A stretch of DNA of 63,047 bases, filler included, from Cercozoa sp. M6MM (lineage: Eukaryota; Protista; Endomyxa: Ascetosporea), in assembly GCA_040357565.1 (NCBI GenBank). It is 8 parts of 8 records of this genome, joined end to end, with 100 filler letters (N's around TTAATTAATTAA, not from the genome) between each part and the next. Parts side by side here need not be neighbours in the genome. Positions count along the whole stretch, not along the records: positions 6,338 to 20,754 come from JBDODJ010000333.1; positions 20,855 to 29,428 come from JBDODJ010000525.1; 6 more parts are not named here. The stretch is one strand, 5' to 3'. Below are positions 14,591-27,351 of this stretch, piece by piece. The notes beneath the pieces were generated by a model, which saw nothing but the letters and a program-made list of their open reading frames with translations, was not told the DNA's origin and ran no database searches. The translations under genes and the position numbers were made by a program. The number at the start of each line of letters is the position of its first letter. Position 1 is the first letter of the stretch.

Positions 14591-16264
14591 TCAGTCGGTG
14601 CACGCAGAGTTGCCTGCCAGCCCAGCAGCGGACGGCTGACGCTGCTGATGTCGCTTCTCTTGCATCTCGGCCGCCAGTCGGTCAACCATGGGCCGCCAAC
14701 TACGCAGCACGTCCCGAACACGTCGTGCAAGCACACATAGGCAACTAAATAAGAAGGAGAGTACACGCGCGCACGTGCGTTGATAAACCAGTAGGTGATC
14801 TGACTAGCCGTGAGACCAGTTCGCGCCGCCAGTTGCAACTTGTCGTCCTCTGAGTATGCGAGCACAGATGACAAGCAAGGACATGTGGCATGAGTGAATA
14901 GGTACCAGTCGGATAGGGCGCGGCAAAGTGTGCAAACAGCCAGTGCTTGAGCTGCTGCACGGCGCTTTTTGGCAGTGCTGCGCGGCGTTTCTTTTGTTTG
15001 CTGTACATACACAAATGCACACAGTGCAAGTGAAGATCGGAGCAAGAAAAAGTGTACGTCGTTCCATTGTCGTCGCTCTTGGCACCTCCGCTAGCGCTGC
15101 TGCTGGTCTCGGTGGCGTTGTCGGTCGAATCCTCGGGAGCACTGGCGATGCCGTAGATGTAAGACGCGTTGACGCACTGAGCAAATGTACAACATTTGTT
15201 TTTTCGTCAATCGTTGCTTGTCACCCGAGTGACCACCGGACATATCGCACAAATCACAAGGTTGGGAACAGAGATGACAGACATGCCTGCAGGATCGAGT
15301 CGAACTCACGCTCGAACTTGGCGGCACGGTATTGCACCTCGCGTGGCAGCAAAGGCCGCACTGCCGACATCTGTACAAGGTAGGAATAAAGGAACGGCAA
15401 AGAGGGAGTACTTAGAAACCAAGAGACCTGATCGATGAGTTTTTGGTGCTGCTCGAGTGTGCTGTTGCGTGAGGTCAGCACCTGCACGGACGGGATGAGA
15501 AACAGAAGCAGAACGAGCTTCAATCGAAAGAGATAACCTGCGCGCACGTCTCACTATAGGTGCGCATTCTTTGGGCCATTTCTTCCTGCAAAGTGTAGTA
15601 ATAAAACACGAAAGCATTTCACGGGAGCATTCAATACCCTGGAAGCATCGCTGGGGAACTGCTCGGCCATTTCGTCCAATGTGGCGCTTGGTTCTTCGCC
15701 CTGTAGGACAGCGATTGCACACGAACAAATCACAAGCGAGATCAGATACTGAAGGAACGACGCCGAAAGCACGCAGAAACATATCAGGCGTGTGTTGATC
15801 GAACCTGCATCAGAAAGGCTGATACACTGGCATATCCAGATTATCAATATCTGTTGATACACAGGCATACCGATGTGGATGCAACGCAGCGTTACGCCTT
15901 CTGGCACCTTTCTTCGGTTGAGTCTTCTGCGCTTAAACTAATAAAACTGTAAACACACAGAGTAGGACATGTTACAGGTGTCAGGTCCGACTCGAGCAAA
16001 AGCTGATCGAAGGCTGCCGCCGTGCGACCTGCAAGTACTCTACCCTGCAAGGACCGGAGAGGGAAAGCAACAACACAATTCTACCTAGCATATCAGCGTC
16101 ACCACTGTCAGTCACAGTGCCTGACAGGTAAACGACGCATAGTAACAGAAATACGGGCAGCGCGCTGGAAGCGTACCAGGTGATTGACATCGCAGCAGTA
16201 ACCTGCGAGTCACATCGCACAGTGGATGAGCCCTTACGGCTTCCCACAGTGCCTGATCATTCAT
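14591..16264 (-). CDS. TALE-class homeodomain transcription factor with PBC-like N-terminal domain
   Basis: [63 protein letters not shown] (PYP loop, WFIN); upstream AHPL..FLLLC, DMFLRAFGV, SAVRPLLPREV. Confidence 0.9.
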
Positions 16265-16521
16265 AAAATGATATTGCCTAATCTAACGTCGAAAACAGTG
16301 CGTTTAGACGTTGTTTTAGCCTCTTGTTTTTCTTTAATTAATCAGTCCGTATGTCCGGTTTCTTTACCAGGACGGAATAGTGCGGAGACCGAGCAGGCGA
16401 CGCAGCAGCACTAACGCTGAGCACAGTGTGTGTTTGTAGCAGATCGCTCGTTGAGTGGGCAAGAGGGTTAGGTTCGTGAGTCTTGCATTTCGGTCGGTCG
16501 CACAACAAACAAACAGTCAAA

Positions 16522-19500
16522 ATGGGCGTCATGGAGGGCATTATGCGCTCCAAGGACATGACGTACCTTCAGGTACTCGTGCCAACGGAGGCGGCCCACG
16601 CTTTCGTTTCTGAGGTGCGTTTCACAACTGCAATCATAATTTTACTTTTTTCGTCTAAATTGGTTTTGTGCCTGCTCTGCGCCCTGCAGGTGGGTACGCG
16701 CGGTGTCATGGAGTTTGCCGATTTGAACAAGGAGGTTCAGGCATACCAGCGCCGTTTCATGCCGCAGATCGTGCGTATCGGCGAGATGGAGCGCATGACG
16801 ACTGTACATCTGATTGTATCGATTGTAAAGTCCAGTTGGCGTATGATGCTTGTTTGCAGGTTTTGGAAGAGTACCTGTCCAAGTACCACATTTCGTACGA
16901 CGCGCACATCATGTAGGTTTCTCTTGTGGTTTCTGGAGTGTATCTAGCACATACACACATGCACACAGTCCCGAGGACCTTGAGCACCGTCAGCCTGCCG
17001 ACGTTCTCGACCGTCTCGAGGAGGTAGATCTTAGTGATGTGCATATGCACCCTGTCATTACCTGTGTCATTACCTCCTCGCTCCTTAGGCGATCGGTCGT
17101 GCCTACAGTCTCGTGAAAGCCGACTCGCAGATTGATGAGCAGGTGCAAAATGCCATGTGTCCTGACTGGACTTGCATACTGACTTTTATGTACTGACTGA
17201 CTGTATGTACTGAGCAGCTGTCGAACGACTACGCCGAGGCGCGCGAATTCGAGCAGGTGCTGCACCATCTGGACGCGTTCCTCGGTGAGGAGAACACGGC
17301 GCGTGAGATGCTCGCCCGTCGTGCCTCCGAAAGCGGTCTGCCCGAGCAGGCTGCGGCCCCGCTGCTGCGTGCCGCAGACGCGTAGTTTTTTTTGCCCCCC
17401 GCCCCATGACCCTTGTGATTTTCTTTATGCTTGGCACAGTCGCCGTCCCAACATTGGATTCAACCACCTGGCTGGTACAGCACCCCAGACACCCTTGGTG
17501 TCAGGTCTACGCTATCTGCTTTACCCCGTCCCTGTTCAGGTGTGCTTCCTGAGATGAAGCGTCGCTCGCTCGAGCGTCAAATCTTCCTGGTAGCCTTCGC
17601 TTTGTGTTTAAGTAAAGGCTCGGCAATATTGAGAGAACACAACAAGACAGGCATCGCGTGGTAACACCTTCTGCGTGTTCCGCGACCTCGATCACGGCAA
17701 GCAGGCCTTTGTCGTCTTCTTCCTTGGTACAGTGTGCTGCTAATGGACTGCCTCCCTCTGTATTAAACCTGAGGACGGTACATCTGGACAGGTGAGCGAC
17801 TGCGCGGCAAGCTGCGTCGTCTGTGTCAGCTGATGGACGTGCGTGTCTACGTCGACTCGCTCGAGCAGGAGGATCTGGGTAGCTCAGTTTAACCTGTACT
17901 GCCTTGTCCCTCTGTGTATAGCGTCACACTGTGTAGGCCAGAAGCTGGACGAAATGCGCGCCCGTCAGCGCGATGTCGGCGTCACTGTAATTTTGACTCT
18001 TTTTGAGAGGGAACAGTCTAGGAAGGTCTATGTGCGTGTGTGTGTGTCTGTGCGTGTGTGTGTCTGTGCGTGTGTGTGTCTGTGNNNNNNNNNNGTGTGT
18101 GTGTCTGTGCGTGTGTGTGTCTGTGCGTGTGTGTGTCTGTGTGCATGTGTGCGTGTGTGCGTGTGTGTGCATGTGTCTTTGTGTGCATGTGTGTTTGTGA
18201 CCCGACACGACAGGTACGTCGCACGCGTTCCGGTATCCGTCGCGTGCTGCGCGAGGTGGCCACGCAGGTGAAAGACTGGCGTGTCGCTCTACTGCAGGAG
18301 AAGTCCGGTACCTGTTGGCCTTCTGTCCTCCGGCCTTGGTCTCTGTTGTACCTCCGTGTGACACAGTGTACCACACACTGAACCGATTCAAGGACTCGAC
18401 TCGCTCACACATGTTCGTTGCTGAGGGTACCTCTGTTGTTGCTGTTGTTGTTGTGCTAGATACGTGGGATGGTGTCTGGGCTGAGCAGGCTGGGTACCGA
18501 CAGACGAGCGACCGCAGGTGGAGAACGCTCTGCGCAGCGTGATTCCAGGCGACGAGACGCACCAGGCGCCGGTCGTAATCCACGAGCTTCCGCGCGGAGA
18601 CGGTTCGTCGCCGCCGACCACCTTTGCCACCGATGACTTCCTCAGCGTGTTCCAGCGCATCGTTGATACCTATGGGTACCTGCCTGCCTGCCTGTCTATC
18701 GACTGCTTCCTACCTCTGCCTCTCCGTGCCTGGACATGCGTGTTCGGTGTAGTGTGCCGCGCTACGGCGAGACGAACCCAGCCTTGTTCTCGATCGTGTC
18801 CTTCCCGTTCATGTACGGCATGATGGTACCCTTGTACTCATATATGTACCTTCCTTATTACCACCTGGGTATGTGGTGCAGTACGGCGATGTTGTGCATG
18901 GTGCCTGGGTGCTCCTCGTCGGCCTTGCTCTCATTGTACTATTGTGGACATATTGCCACCGGGGAAGGGGATAGATAGGTTTGCTATGTGTGCAGCTGGT
19001 GGCGCCGCGTTTCAAGGGCCGCCGCGTGCCGGACTCGCTGCAGTCGCTGCTGCCGCTGCGTTACTTGCTGCTGCTGATGGGCCTGGCGGCTGTCTTCATG
19101 GGTACACCGCTGTCTCTCGCCGGCTTTATCACCTCTACATCTCCTCTGCAGGTCTGGTCTACAACGACGCTTTGTCGCTGCCGATGGCCATGTTCGACTC
19201 GGCTTACACGTTTACCAAGGTGTGTTTAGTCTTCTGTTCTGTCGTTATTCCCAGTACCTTTTGTTACTTCCCATCTCCGGGCAGGTGGGTGACGGTGCCG
19301 ATGCGCACTTTGAGGTCGAACGCAAGATTGGCAGCGATGGCACTCCGCAGGTCTACGCCTTTGGTCTCGACCACGCTTGGTAGGACTTTCCGCCCCTTTA
19401 GCTCTTACCTTAACCCCCCCCCCCCTCCCCCGCAGGTACCACACGGAGACGCACATGGTGTTCTTCAACTCGCTCAAGATGAAGATGAGTATCGTCATGG

Positions 19501-19932
19501 GCACTGTAGATTTCCACATTCACATACACACACACACACGCGCGCCTTCCATCTGTTTTATCCCCTCTATCGGCGAAACAGGCCCAGATGCTTTTCGGTC
19601 TGTTCCTGTCGCTGTCGAACTACGTGGCCAACAAGGACAAGGTCTCCATCCTGCTGCAGTTCATCCCGGAGCTCATCTTCCTCGTGGCTTTCAACGGGTA
19701 CCCGTTTAAGCCTGCTCCTCCACCTCCCTTTTACTCCCGTCCTGTGCAGTTTCCTGTGCTTTGGCATTTTCTACAAGTGGACGCAAGAGCACATTGGTGG
19801 TACTCTTCGCTTCCCTGTGCTTGGTCCTTAATGCATTTGTACGGGGTGGCTCCTGTGCAGGCGTGCGAGAGCTGCCGTCGCTCATCACCGTTATTGTGTC
19901 GGTCTTCCTCAACATGGGTATTTTACTGTTGC

Positions 19933-19983
<51 letters not shown>

Positions 19984-20754
19984 CGGAACCTTACCCCTGG
20001 TTGTAGGTACGGTCGATAGCGACGAGGTGCTGGCGGACCCGAACGCGACCAAGCTGGGCAACCGTCTGCTGAAGAACCACGCGGCGCAGGAGTCGCTGCA
20101 CTCGATCGTGCTGGCGCTGATGCTGATCGCCATCCCGTGGCTCCTACTCGGCAAGCCAGTCTTCCTCTGGTGGAAGAACAAGCGCCAGAACACGGGCTTC
20201 CGTCACTCCAGTCTGGTACAGACCGGTCTGATTGGTCTGATTGTGTAAACACATGGCTTGTGCTCCTGGTAGGGCGTTGATGAGGACTCCTGGGATGAGA
20301 GCGCCGAAGGCGTTGGTCACTTGTTGGGTGTGTCCATTTCGATGTATCACAGTAGTACCATACACTAAGTACCTGTGTGTGTGCAGTAGAGCAGGAGCAT
20401 GATGCCGATCACGAGCACGGTGAATTCTCCTTCGGCAGCGAGATGACGCACCAGATGATTCATACGTAGCCTTGTCTCCTTTTACCCTCCCACCCCCCCC
20501 CCGTTATTCCCATCCTGTAGCATGGAGTACGTGCTCGGAACGATCTCAAACACGGCATCCTACCTGCGTCTGTGGGCGCTCTCGCTTGCGCACGCTCGTA
20601 TGATTGCTTTACCCTTCCCGCCCCCGTTTACTCTCCTTTACCCCCCCCCCCTGTTTTGAATGTTTTGAACAGAGCTGTCGGAGGTGTTCTTCGAGCAGCT
20701 CGTGTTCAACATTGGTTTCGGCAGTGGCGACGGTGGCAGCTGGTGTGTTATACC
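16522..20754 (+). CDS. ATP6V0A: V-type H+-ATPase V0 subunit a, 3' end truncated
   Basis: MRSKDM; [15 protein letters not shown]; AEGWVP; [10 protein letters not shown]; [15 protein letters not shown]; [15 protein letters not shown]; [14 protein letters not shown]; [30 protein letters not shown]; ~27 introns. Confidence 0.95.
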
Positions 20755-20854
20755 NNNNNNNNNNNNNNNNNNNNNNNNNNNNNNNNNNNNNNNNNNNNTT
20801 AATTAATTAANNNNNNNNNNNNNNNNNNNNNNNNNNNNNNNNNNNNNNNNNNNN

Positions 20855-20956
<102 letters not shown>

Positions 20957-20959
20957 CCA

Positions 20960-21268
20960 AGTATCCCCCAAGAGTGTCCGCGCGGAAGGAGCTGTGTACA
21001 GCGGCCGGAAGTCATCGGAGCCACCAACATCGGCGACACGCAGCGAAATCGAACGTCGTTTTTCTGTGCGAACTGTTAGAGTCTGCACACACCGGCACAT
21101 ATGCACACCTCAATGCACACAGACACGGGACAGCCTTACATAAACATCCACGCCACGCGTCGCCTCGTGTCGTTCCGCGAAGCGCTCTTCGATAAAGGCG
21201 CGCACGAGCGTAGTCTTGCCGGCGCCAGAGGGACCCACGACCACCAGGTTGAATATCTCCTCTTGCAT
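20960..21268 (-). CDS. Divergent Rab-like small GTPase, 5' part
   Basis: MQEEIFNLVVVGPSGAGKTTLVRAFIEERFAERHEATRGVDV|...LRVADVGGSDDFRPL. Confidence 0.8.
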
Positions 21269-21643
21269 TGTTGTTTATTTTGTACAGTATTTTCTCGTGT
21301 ATCCCAGATCGGACCAGTGGAACACAATGGCAAGATCACACTGTACAGCACACGGGCACTACCGAGATCGAAGCAACCAAAGCACAATGTGGTGAGCAAA
21401 GAGCGCCGGGACGAGCATTATTTTCTTTATGATTGCTCTGCAAAATCTGCACTGCTCGAAAGCGCGACTTGTGTTTTTCTTGCATCCTGTGTGACTGGTT
21501 GCTACTGTACTGTAGTTAGGTACCTGCACTAAGACTCAGGCTGGACCGTGCAAGTCACTTTTTTTTGTGCAGATTTTGCCGACTGAAGGGAGTATCGTGT
21601 ACGATTGTGTACGGACGTTGTATCTTGAAAAGAAGCCCCACAA

Positions 21644-22814
21644 ATGAAATTGCTTGCGAGTGCCGTGGTTGCTGCTTCCAGTGTGAACGCTGTTCACTTT
21701 GAAGAGGTACTTGCCTCATCACATATAATATCTCGGCATCACATATAATATCTCGGCATCACATATAATATCTCGGGTCCTTTTGATGGTTGATTGCGCA
21801 ACAGACCGGTCGTCTGCCTGCTGGCATGATCGCTTTCGACATTTGCATGTCAAACAATCAGGTTGGCACGATCCCCGTCATCATCAACGGCGTCGGTGGC
21901 CACATTCGACGCACTGACGACGGTGGCGCATCCTCGGTATTTCTCTCGTACCCTAGTACCCTGGTGTGATAAATCTAGTCCATGTCAACAGCGTCCGGTC
22001 GTTTCAGACACAATGATTGTGCCTATGCGATGTGCGTACGGCAGTGACGAGAACAAGGGAATGATGGGCGGCCTGATGATGGTCGAAGGCGGTACCTCCG
22101 TGCTCTGTCCCCTGTGCTTTCCGAGTGGAGTGGAGGGCATATTACCACTGTATTACGGTCTGTATATACAGCTCCCATGCAATACACTGAGACCGCTGGT
22201 GGTAGGATGTGTCGTATTTCGATCTTTGTCCTGCATGTTTCTATGGTGACTGGTAGAGGTGTTCGAGGCCGTTGACACCAACGACAAGCCTCGCAAGATG
22301 TTCCTTGAAGTGGCTCCTGAAGTCACGCCCATCCCGGGCACCAACGGCGAGGCATCAAATCTATTCTTTCTTTGATAGCATGAGACGTGTGTATGCGTTT
22401 GGTGTAGGGCTTTGTCTTTGCACGCGAGGCGATTGGTCTCGGCGTGCGTCGTGGCATTTACATCACCCGCGTATAAGAGAGACCTATGTTTTTGTGTATG
22501 TCTGTACATGCGTCTACACACCCGAGTCACAGGATGGCGGCAAGACCTTTAAGATCATTCGTGTACTCTCGCTCTCTTTGTGTCTCTCATCTTCTTTGCG
22601 GATCGACTGGCGTGCTGTGCTTTCAGGGCCCGAAGGAAATGAAGGATACGGCGGCACGCGCTGTGGCCCAGTTGGACGCCAACACGCTCATTGTGGCCTA
22701 CGGCGGATGTACTCTTTCCTGTTTTTTAACCTTAGCTTTACACTTTAACTACCACACACAGTCCCGACCAACGAGCGTGTCGACACCGAGGGTCTTGTAG
22801 ATGAGGTACTACAG

Positions 22815-22866
<52 letters not shown>

Positions 22867-22966
22867 NNNNNNNNNNNNNNNNNNNNNNNNNNNNNNNNNN
22901 NNNNNNNNNNNNNNNNNNNNNNNNNNNNNNNNNNNNNNNNNNNNNNNNNNNNNNNNNNNNNNNNNN

Positions 22967-23016
<50 letters not shown>

Positions 23017-24251
23017 GATTTTGACTCTGCCTACTGCAGGGCATTGTTCACATCCCGGTCAGCGAGCGTGTGTACCGTGCTTTATATAGACAACTATATA
23101 TCTGTATATATTCGGCAGTGCTTCGTGTGTGTGTGGTGTGTGTGTGTGGTGTGTGTGTATGTGTGTGCGTGTGCTCAGTGTGGTCAACACGTCGTTTAAC
23201 GCTGGTGCCGCCGCTGTCTCGATCGACGCAACCGCCGATGCTGCGCGTCCGCTGGTACGCTCACAATGCTTGTGCTCGTGTTGGTGCCTACTGACTTGAC
23301 ATGTAGACGCACGAGTCCACGGGTGACCTGCCGATTCCGGGCACCTACTGGACGCGCATCTACAAGAGCACCGACGGAGGCGAGACGTTCGACCTTGTAC
23401 CCTATCACGTGCCTTGTGTGCTTGTGTACCTACAGTGGTATGTGTTGTGCAGGTGTTCGCGTCGGACAATGACGTGTACCCGATGCAGATGGCCTGTCCG
23501 TCGGCTCGCTTCTGCTTTGTTGCGCTGGAAGGCGCCGGCAACCGCGTCATTCTGCGCACTGAGAATGTGAGTTTGTCAGCATCGTCTAGTCAACTCCCCC
23601 TCCCCGCGTCTTGTTCATCTGACTCTCTGCTTGTAGGCTTGCAACTCTTTCGAATACGCCTATGAAGACCGCGGCTTTGTGCGTTTACTGCATGTTCCGC
23701 TTCTCTACCTCTGGATTTCACACCGTGTGTGTCTCAGATGGGCATCAACGCCATCTCGTGCTCATCGCCCGACAATTGTTTCTCGGTGGGAACTGGTGCC
23801 GACGACAGCGGCCGCTTCTCACTCGGCTCTGTGCTGCACAGCAACGACGTCGGCCGTACCTGGACCGAAGTTGGCAACCTTGAGAACCGTCACTTCTTTG
23901 GCGTCTCTGCTGTGTCCGACACGGCCGTCTACGGCGTTGCCAAGAGGTGCGTTTCCCGTCCTTTGGCTTTGCTTGTGTTGCTGTACGGTACATGTCCTGC
24001 GACTGTCACACATAGTTCCAACGCTGACATCTCGTACGTGTACAAGCTTGTGACTGACGAGGACAGCGACGACTCGACCGAGCACCGACAGGACTTCTCC
24101 GATGAGCACGTCGCCAAGCTGCGTCGCATGTGCCAGCAGGTGCCGCTACATCGCCACTTTATCTGCTTGCGTGTTCTTCCGTCTATGTGTCTATTCCGTG
24201 CAGGGCAAGGGCAAGCGCTTCATTTGCCAGTACCTCTTTGGTCAGCAGTAA
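21644..24251 (+). CDS. Secreted BNR/Asp-box beta-propeller protein (Ycf48/sialidase-like fold)
   Basis: Signal peptide MKLLASAVVAASSVNA; Asp boxes RTDDGGAS, SQDGGKTF, STDGGETF, SNDVGRTW. Confidence 0.75.
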
Positions 24252-24931
24252 CTGTACGATCGGAAACTGAACACGCGGCGCGCGGCGATGCCGTGTGACT
24301 AACGAACTCGTTGTCGTACCGTACCGTGTGCCCCCAACCGATCGGATCGTGAACCAACTGAACACACGCACTTGTTACAGCATGGTTACAGCATGAACTA
24401 CGATATCCGCGCGGCGCGGGAGCAACCAAAAGCTTACAAAAAACCTCAGCCTCTACGCAAGAGAGGTGTGGAAATTTTGACGTGTGTTCCGTTCGCTGGC
24501 ACCCTGACCTCCTGAGAACTTTAATTCAGACTGTGGAACGCCTGTGTTTGAGTGGTAGGGAAGCCTTGAGCAAGCTTTTGCAGCTGAACTCTAATGGCTC
24601 CTCTCTCTCACGACCAGATATTCTGATCTCCAGGACCAGTTGTCTTCGCTTCTGCCTGTCTTCTGCCTTTCCAGAGGCTTCTTTTGCTTGCTTCACGCCA
24701 ACTCAATTACCATCTGACGGGTTACTTTCCCGCTCACCAATTGGGGGCGAAAATTAGTACAGTGCGCACGTGATTTAATTCGTACTCGAATTCACTTTTT
24801 AGCATCCCGAAACCCTTCAATGACGGTTCTCGTGCAGATAGCGTTTTTCCTCCAGGAAACGCATCGTCCAACTGGCTATTGATCAGCCAAGGTTCGGACG
24901 GTTAGGAGTTAGTGTGCAATAGTGGTTTCAC

Positions 24932-26920
24932 ATGCGCAGGAGTAAGCGATTGGCTGAGATGTCGGCGACGCTGCGAAATGAGTTTCCTCAACTGTTGAGC
25001 GATTTTTCGGTACTAACCATCCTTTTTTATTCGGTTGAGTTCATTGCACTATGTGATCGATTTAGTCGCTTTCGGGTTTACTGTAGCTTGAAAAGATCAT
25101 GGGTTCTGGAACGTTTTCTAAAGTTCTCGCTGTTCGAAACCGCACCGGTAGGTGATTGTATCAATTGCAATTGCAAACTGGCCATTGATTAGACAGTATC
25201 GTATTTACTGTCTTCGACTCGTAGGCCAAAGATGTGCTGCGAAGCTGATGCGACACCGTTTTGCCAACAAGCGTGAGGCCTCGCGTCTGCGAGAAGTCCA
25301 AGCACTGCAAAAACTCAAGTAAACTTAAGTTAAGTTATAAACTAACTCAATATGAATACTGACAGATTCGACTAACTGGTAGACATGCGAACATCGTGCG
25401 CTACATCGGGATGTCTTACGAAGAAACAACAGGAAGACTCGCCTTGATTTTTGAGGCGATGCAGGGCAGCCTGTACGACGTGATTCGTAAGCGACGATCC
25501 GGAATGGCAGAACGACGAGTTCGCTGCATTGCCTTTCAAATGTACAGTTTCGCGTATCAATTTATCATTTTGCCATTGCTTCGCAGTTGTCGACACCATG
25601 CATACATCCTTTAGCTTGCGTGGACTGCGCTACATGCACAAAAAAGGCGTCTTTCACCGTGACGTAAAGCCAGAGAATATACTTGTGCACAGGGAGAAAG
25701 TGAAAATCGCCGATCTAGGTTCGTGTCGGGGCAGGAATGTAAGACAGCTCATGCGTTTAAGTGGTTTGTGGGTGTGCACGTACGTTAACACTGACAGGCT
25801 AAATGCCCACTGACTGACTACATCAGTACGGTAAGGAATTTTGCAGCAACTAAATTTACAATGTGAACTCATGCAAATTTCCCTGTTGAAACTCACCAGA
25901 GGTGGTATCGGAGTCCGGAGACACTTTTGAGTGATGGTTACTACAATGATAAACTTGACATCTGGGCTACGGGTGCCGTGATCTTTGAGGTGCGATACTG
26001 ATACACGATTCTTATTGACTGACTGAATTGTATTCCGCATGCTGCACAGATGTTAACCGGTCAGCCTCTCTTTCCTGGCAGCAATGAGGTCGATCAAATC
26101 GACAGGTAGATATCGAGTATTCCTCTTGTTTGCTTGCTCATTTCTGACACTTGTTTCCACGAAGGATCCATAAGGTCTTCGGCACGAACGAAAGGGAAAT
26201 AGCGCGCGTTGTAGCCTTGCAGCCCTCGTACAATTTCATTGATATCATTTTTCACGGTGCTTGATTTGGTGCCTGTACTTTTATAGGGCTACATCAAGGA
26301 ACCGTCCTGATGACATCGCATGGCGCAAGTGGAAAGGCAAGGTAGCAGCAACATCCAGTGATTTTTTGTATTTTCATGCATTGGCGCTGCGAACTGCTGG
26401 TAGGGACTGCGCGCAATGGGACTACATAATGCGTCTGCTCAGTGCCTTGACTTGCTGCATCGCATGCTCGCCTACCACCCGTACTCAAAGACTATATGCA
26501 TGGTGAAACACAAACATTTGTATGATTATTTCGCGTCTTCTTGTTTCTGTCCAGAGAAGATAGAATCGATGCCGAAACCGCACTCCGACATCCCTTTTTC
26601 GTACGACCACATAATTCTCAAACTAAGAGTATCCATTCTGGAACATGCACATGTGTGCTCGCGACAGGAAAGTTTAATGGCACCCAAAATGTCAATGTCA
26701 CAAACGTCTTTTCCGAAAGGTACAGTACCATTCCAAACTGTATCAGATACGAATTCCATTTCACTTCCGCATGCAATTTCGTACAGTTCGACCAGACTCC
26801 AGAATCGGCGAGTGCAGCGGCACAGACATTGAGAGCAGCAACACGACCAAGTCTCACCAGATTAAGCGGGCCGTGAAACTGCGACTGCCATCACTTTCGA
26901 CCACCCAACTCCATCTGTAA
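24932..26920 (+). CDS. MOK: MOK/RAGE (MAK-ICK-MOK group, LF4-like) kinase
   Basis: MGSGTFSKV; [10 protein letters not shown]; TGRLALIFE; [11 protein letters not shown]; IADLGSCRG; TDYISTRWYRSPE; [12 protein letters not shown]. Confidence 0.85.
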
Positions 26921-27351
26921 AATTACATCTGACTCGAGGTTTTACGTATTATACTCCGGATACGTCCTGTGGGCAGAGGTCCTAGGAAACCCCACGCGCC
27001 GCACCGACATCGCAGGAAGCACCGGCACGCGCATGCGTAGTGCCTGTCCTGCCGGTGCCACGTACAGTGCGTTGGTCTGTTGTATTAAGTTAGCGCAGTT
27101 CTCGTGAGTATAGTAGGTCTGGTAGTGCAAACCCATCCTTCCCCCGCCAGCCCCGGACTGGTAAGAGGACCCACTACCGTACATGCATAGTTGGTTCCGT
27201 GCAGACTCAACTAAACTTAACTATCCACACACTGTTGGTTTATTAGATTAAACTCGACTAACCAGTAACTACAGTGCAGTCGGTCAGCGACTAAACGTAA
27301 ACTGACGAACCGGACTGACGTACTCCTGTTCCGTTAGCACATGACAGTGAC

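Noticed and set aside
24480-24900. Possible small minus-strand gene upstream of MOK
   Set aside because: Open stretches exist but no consistent start, splice model or motif
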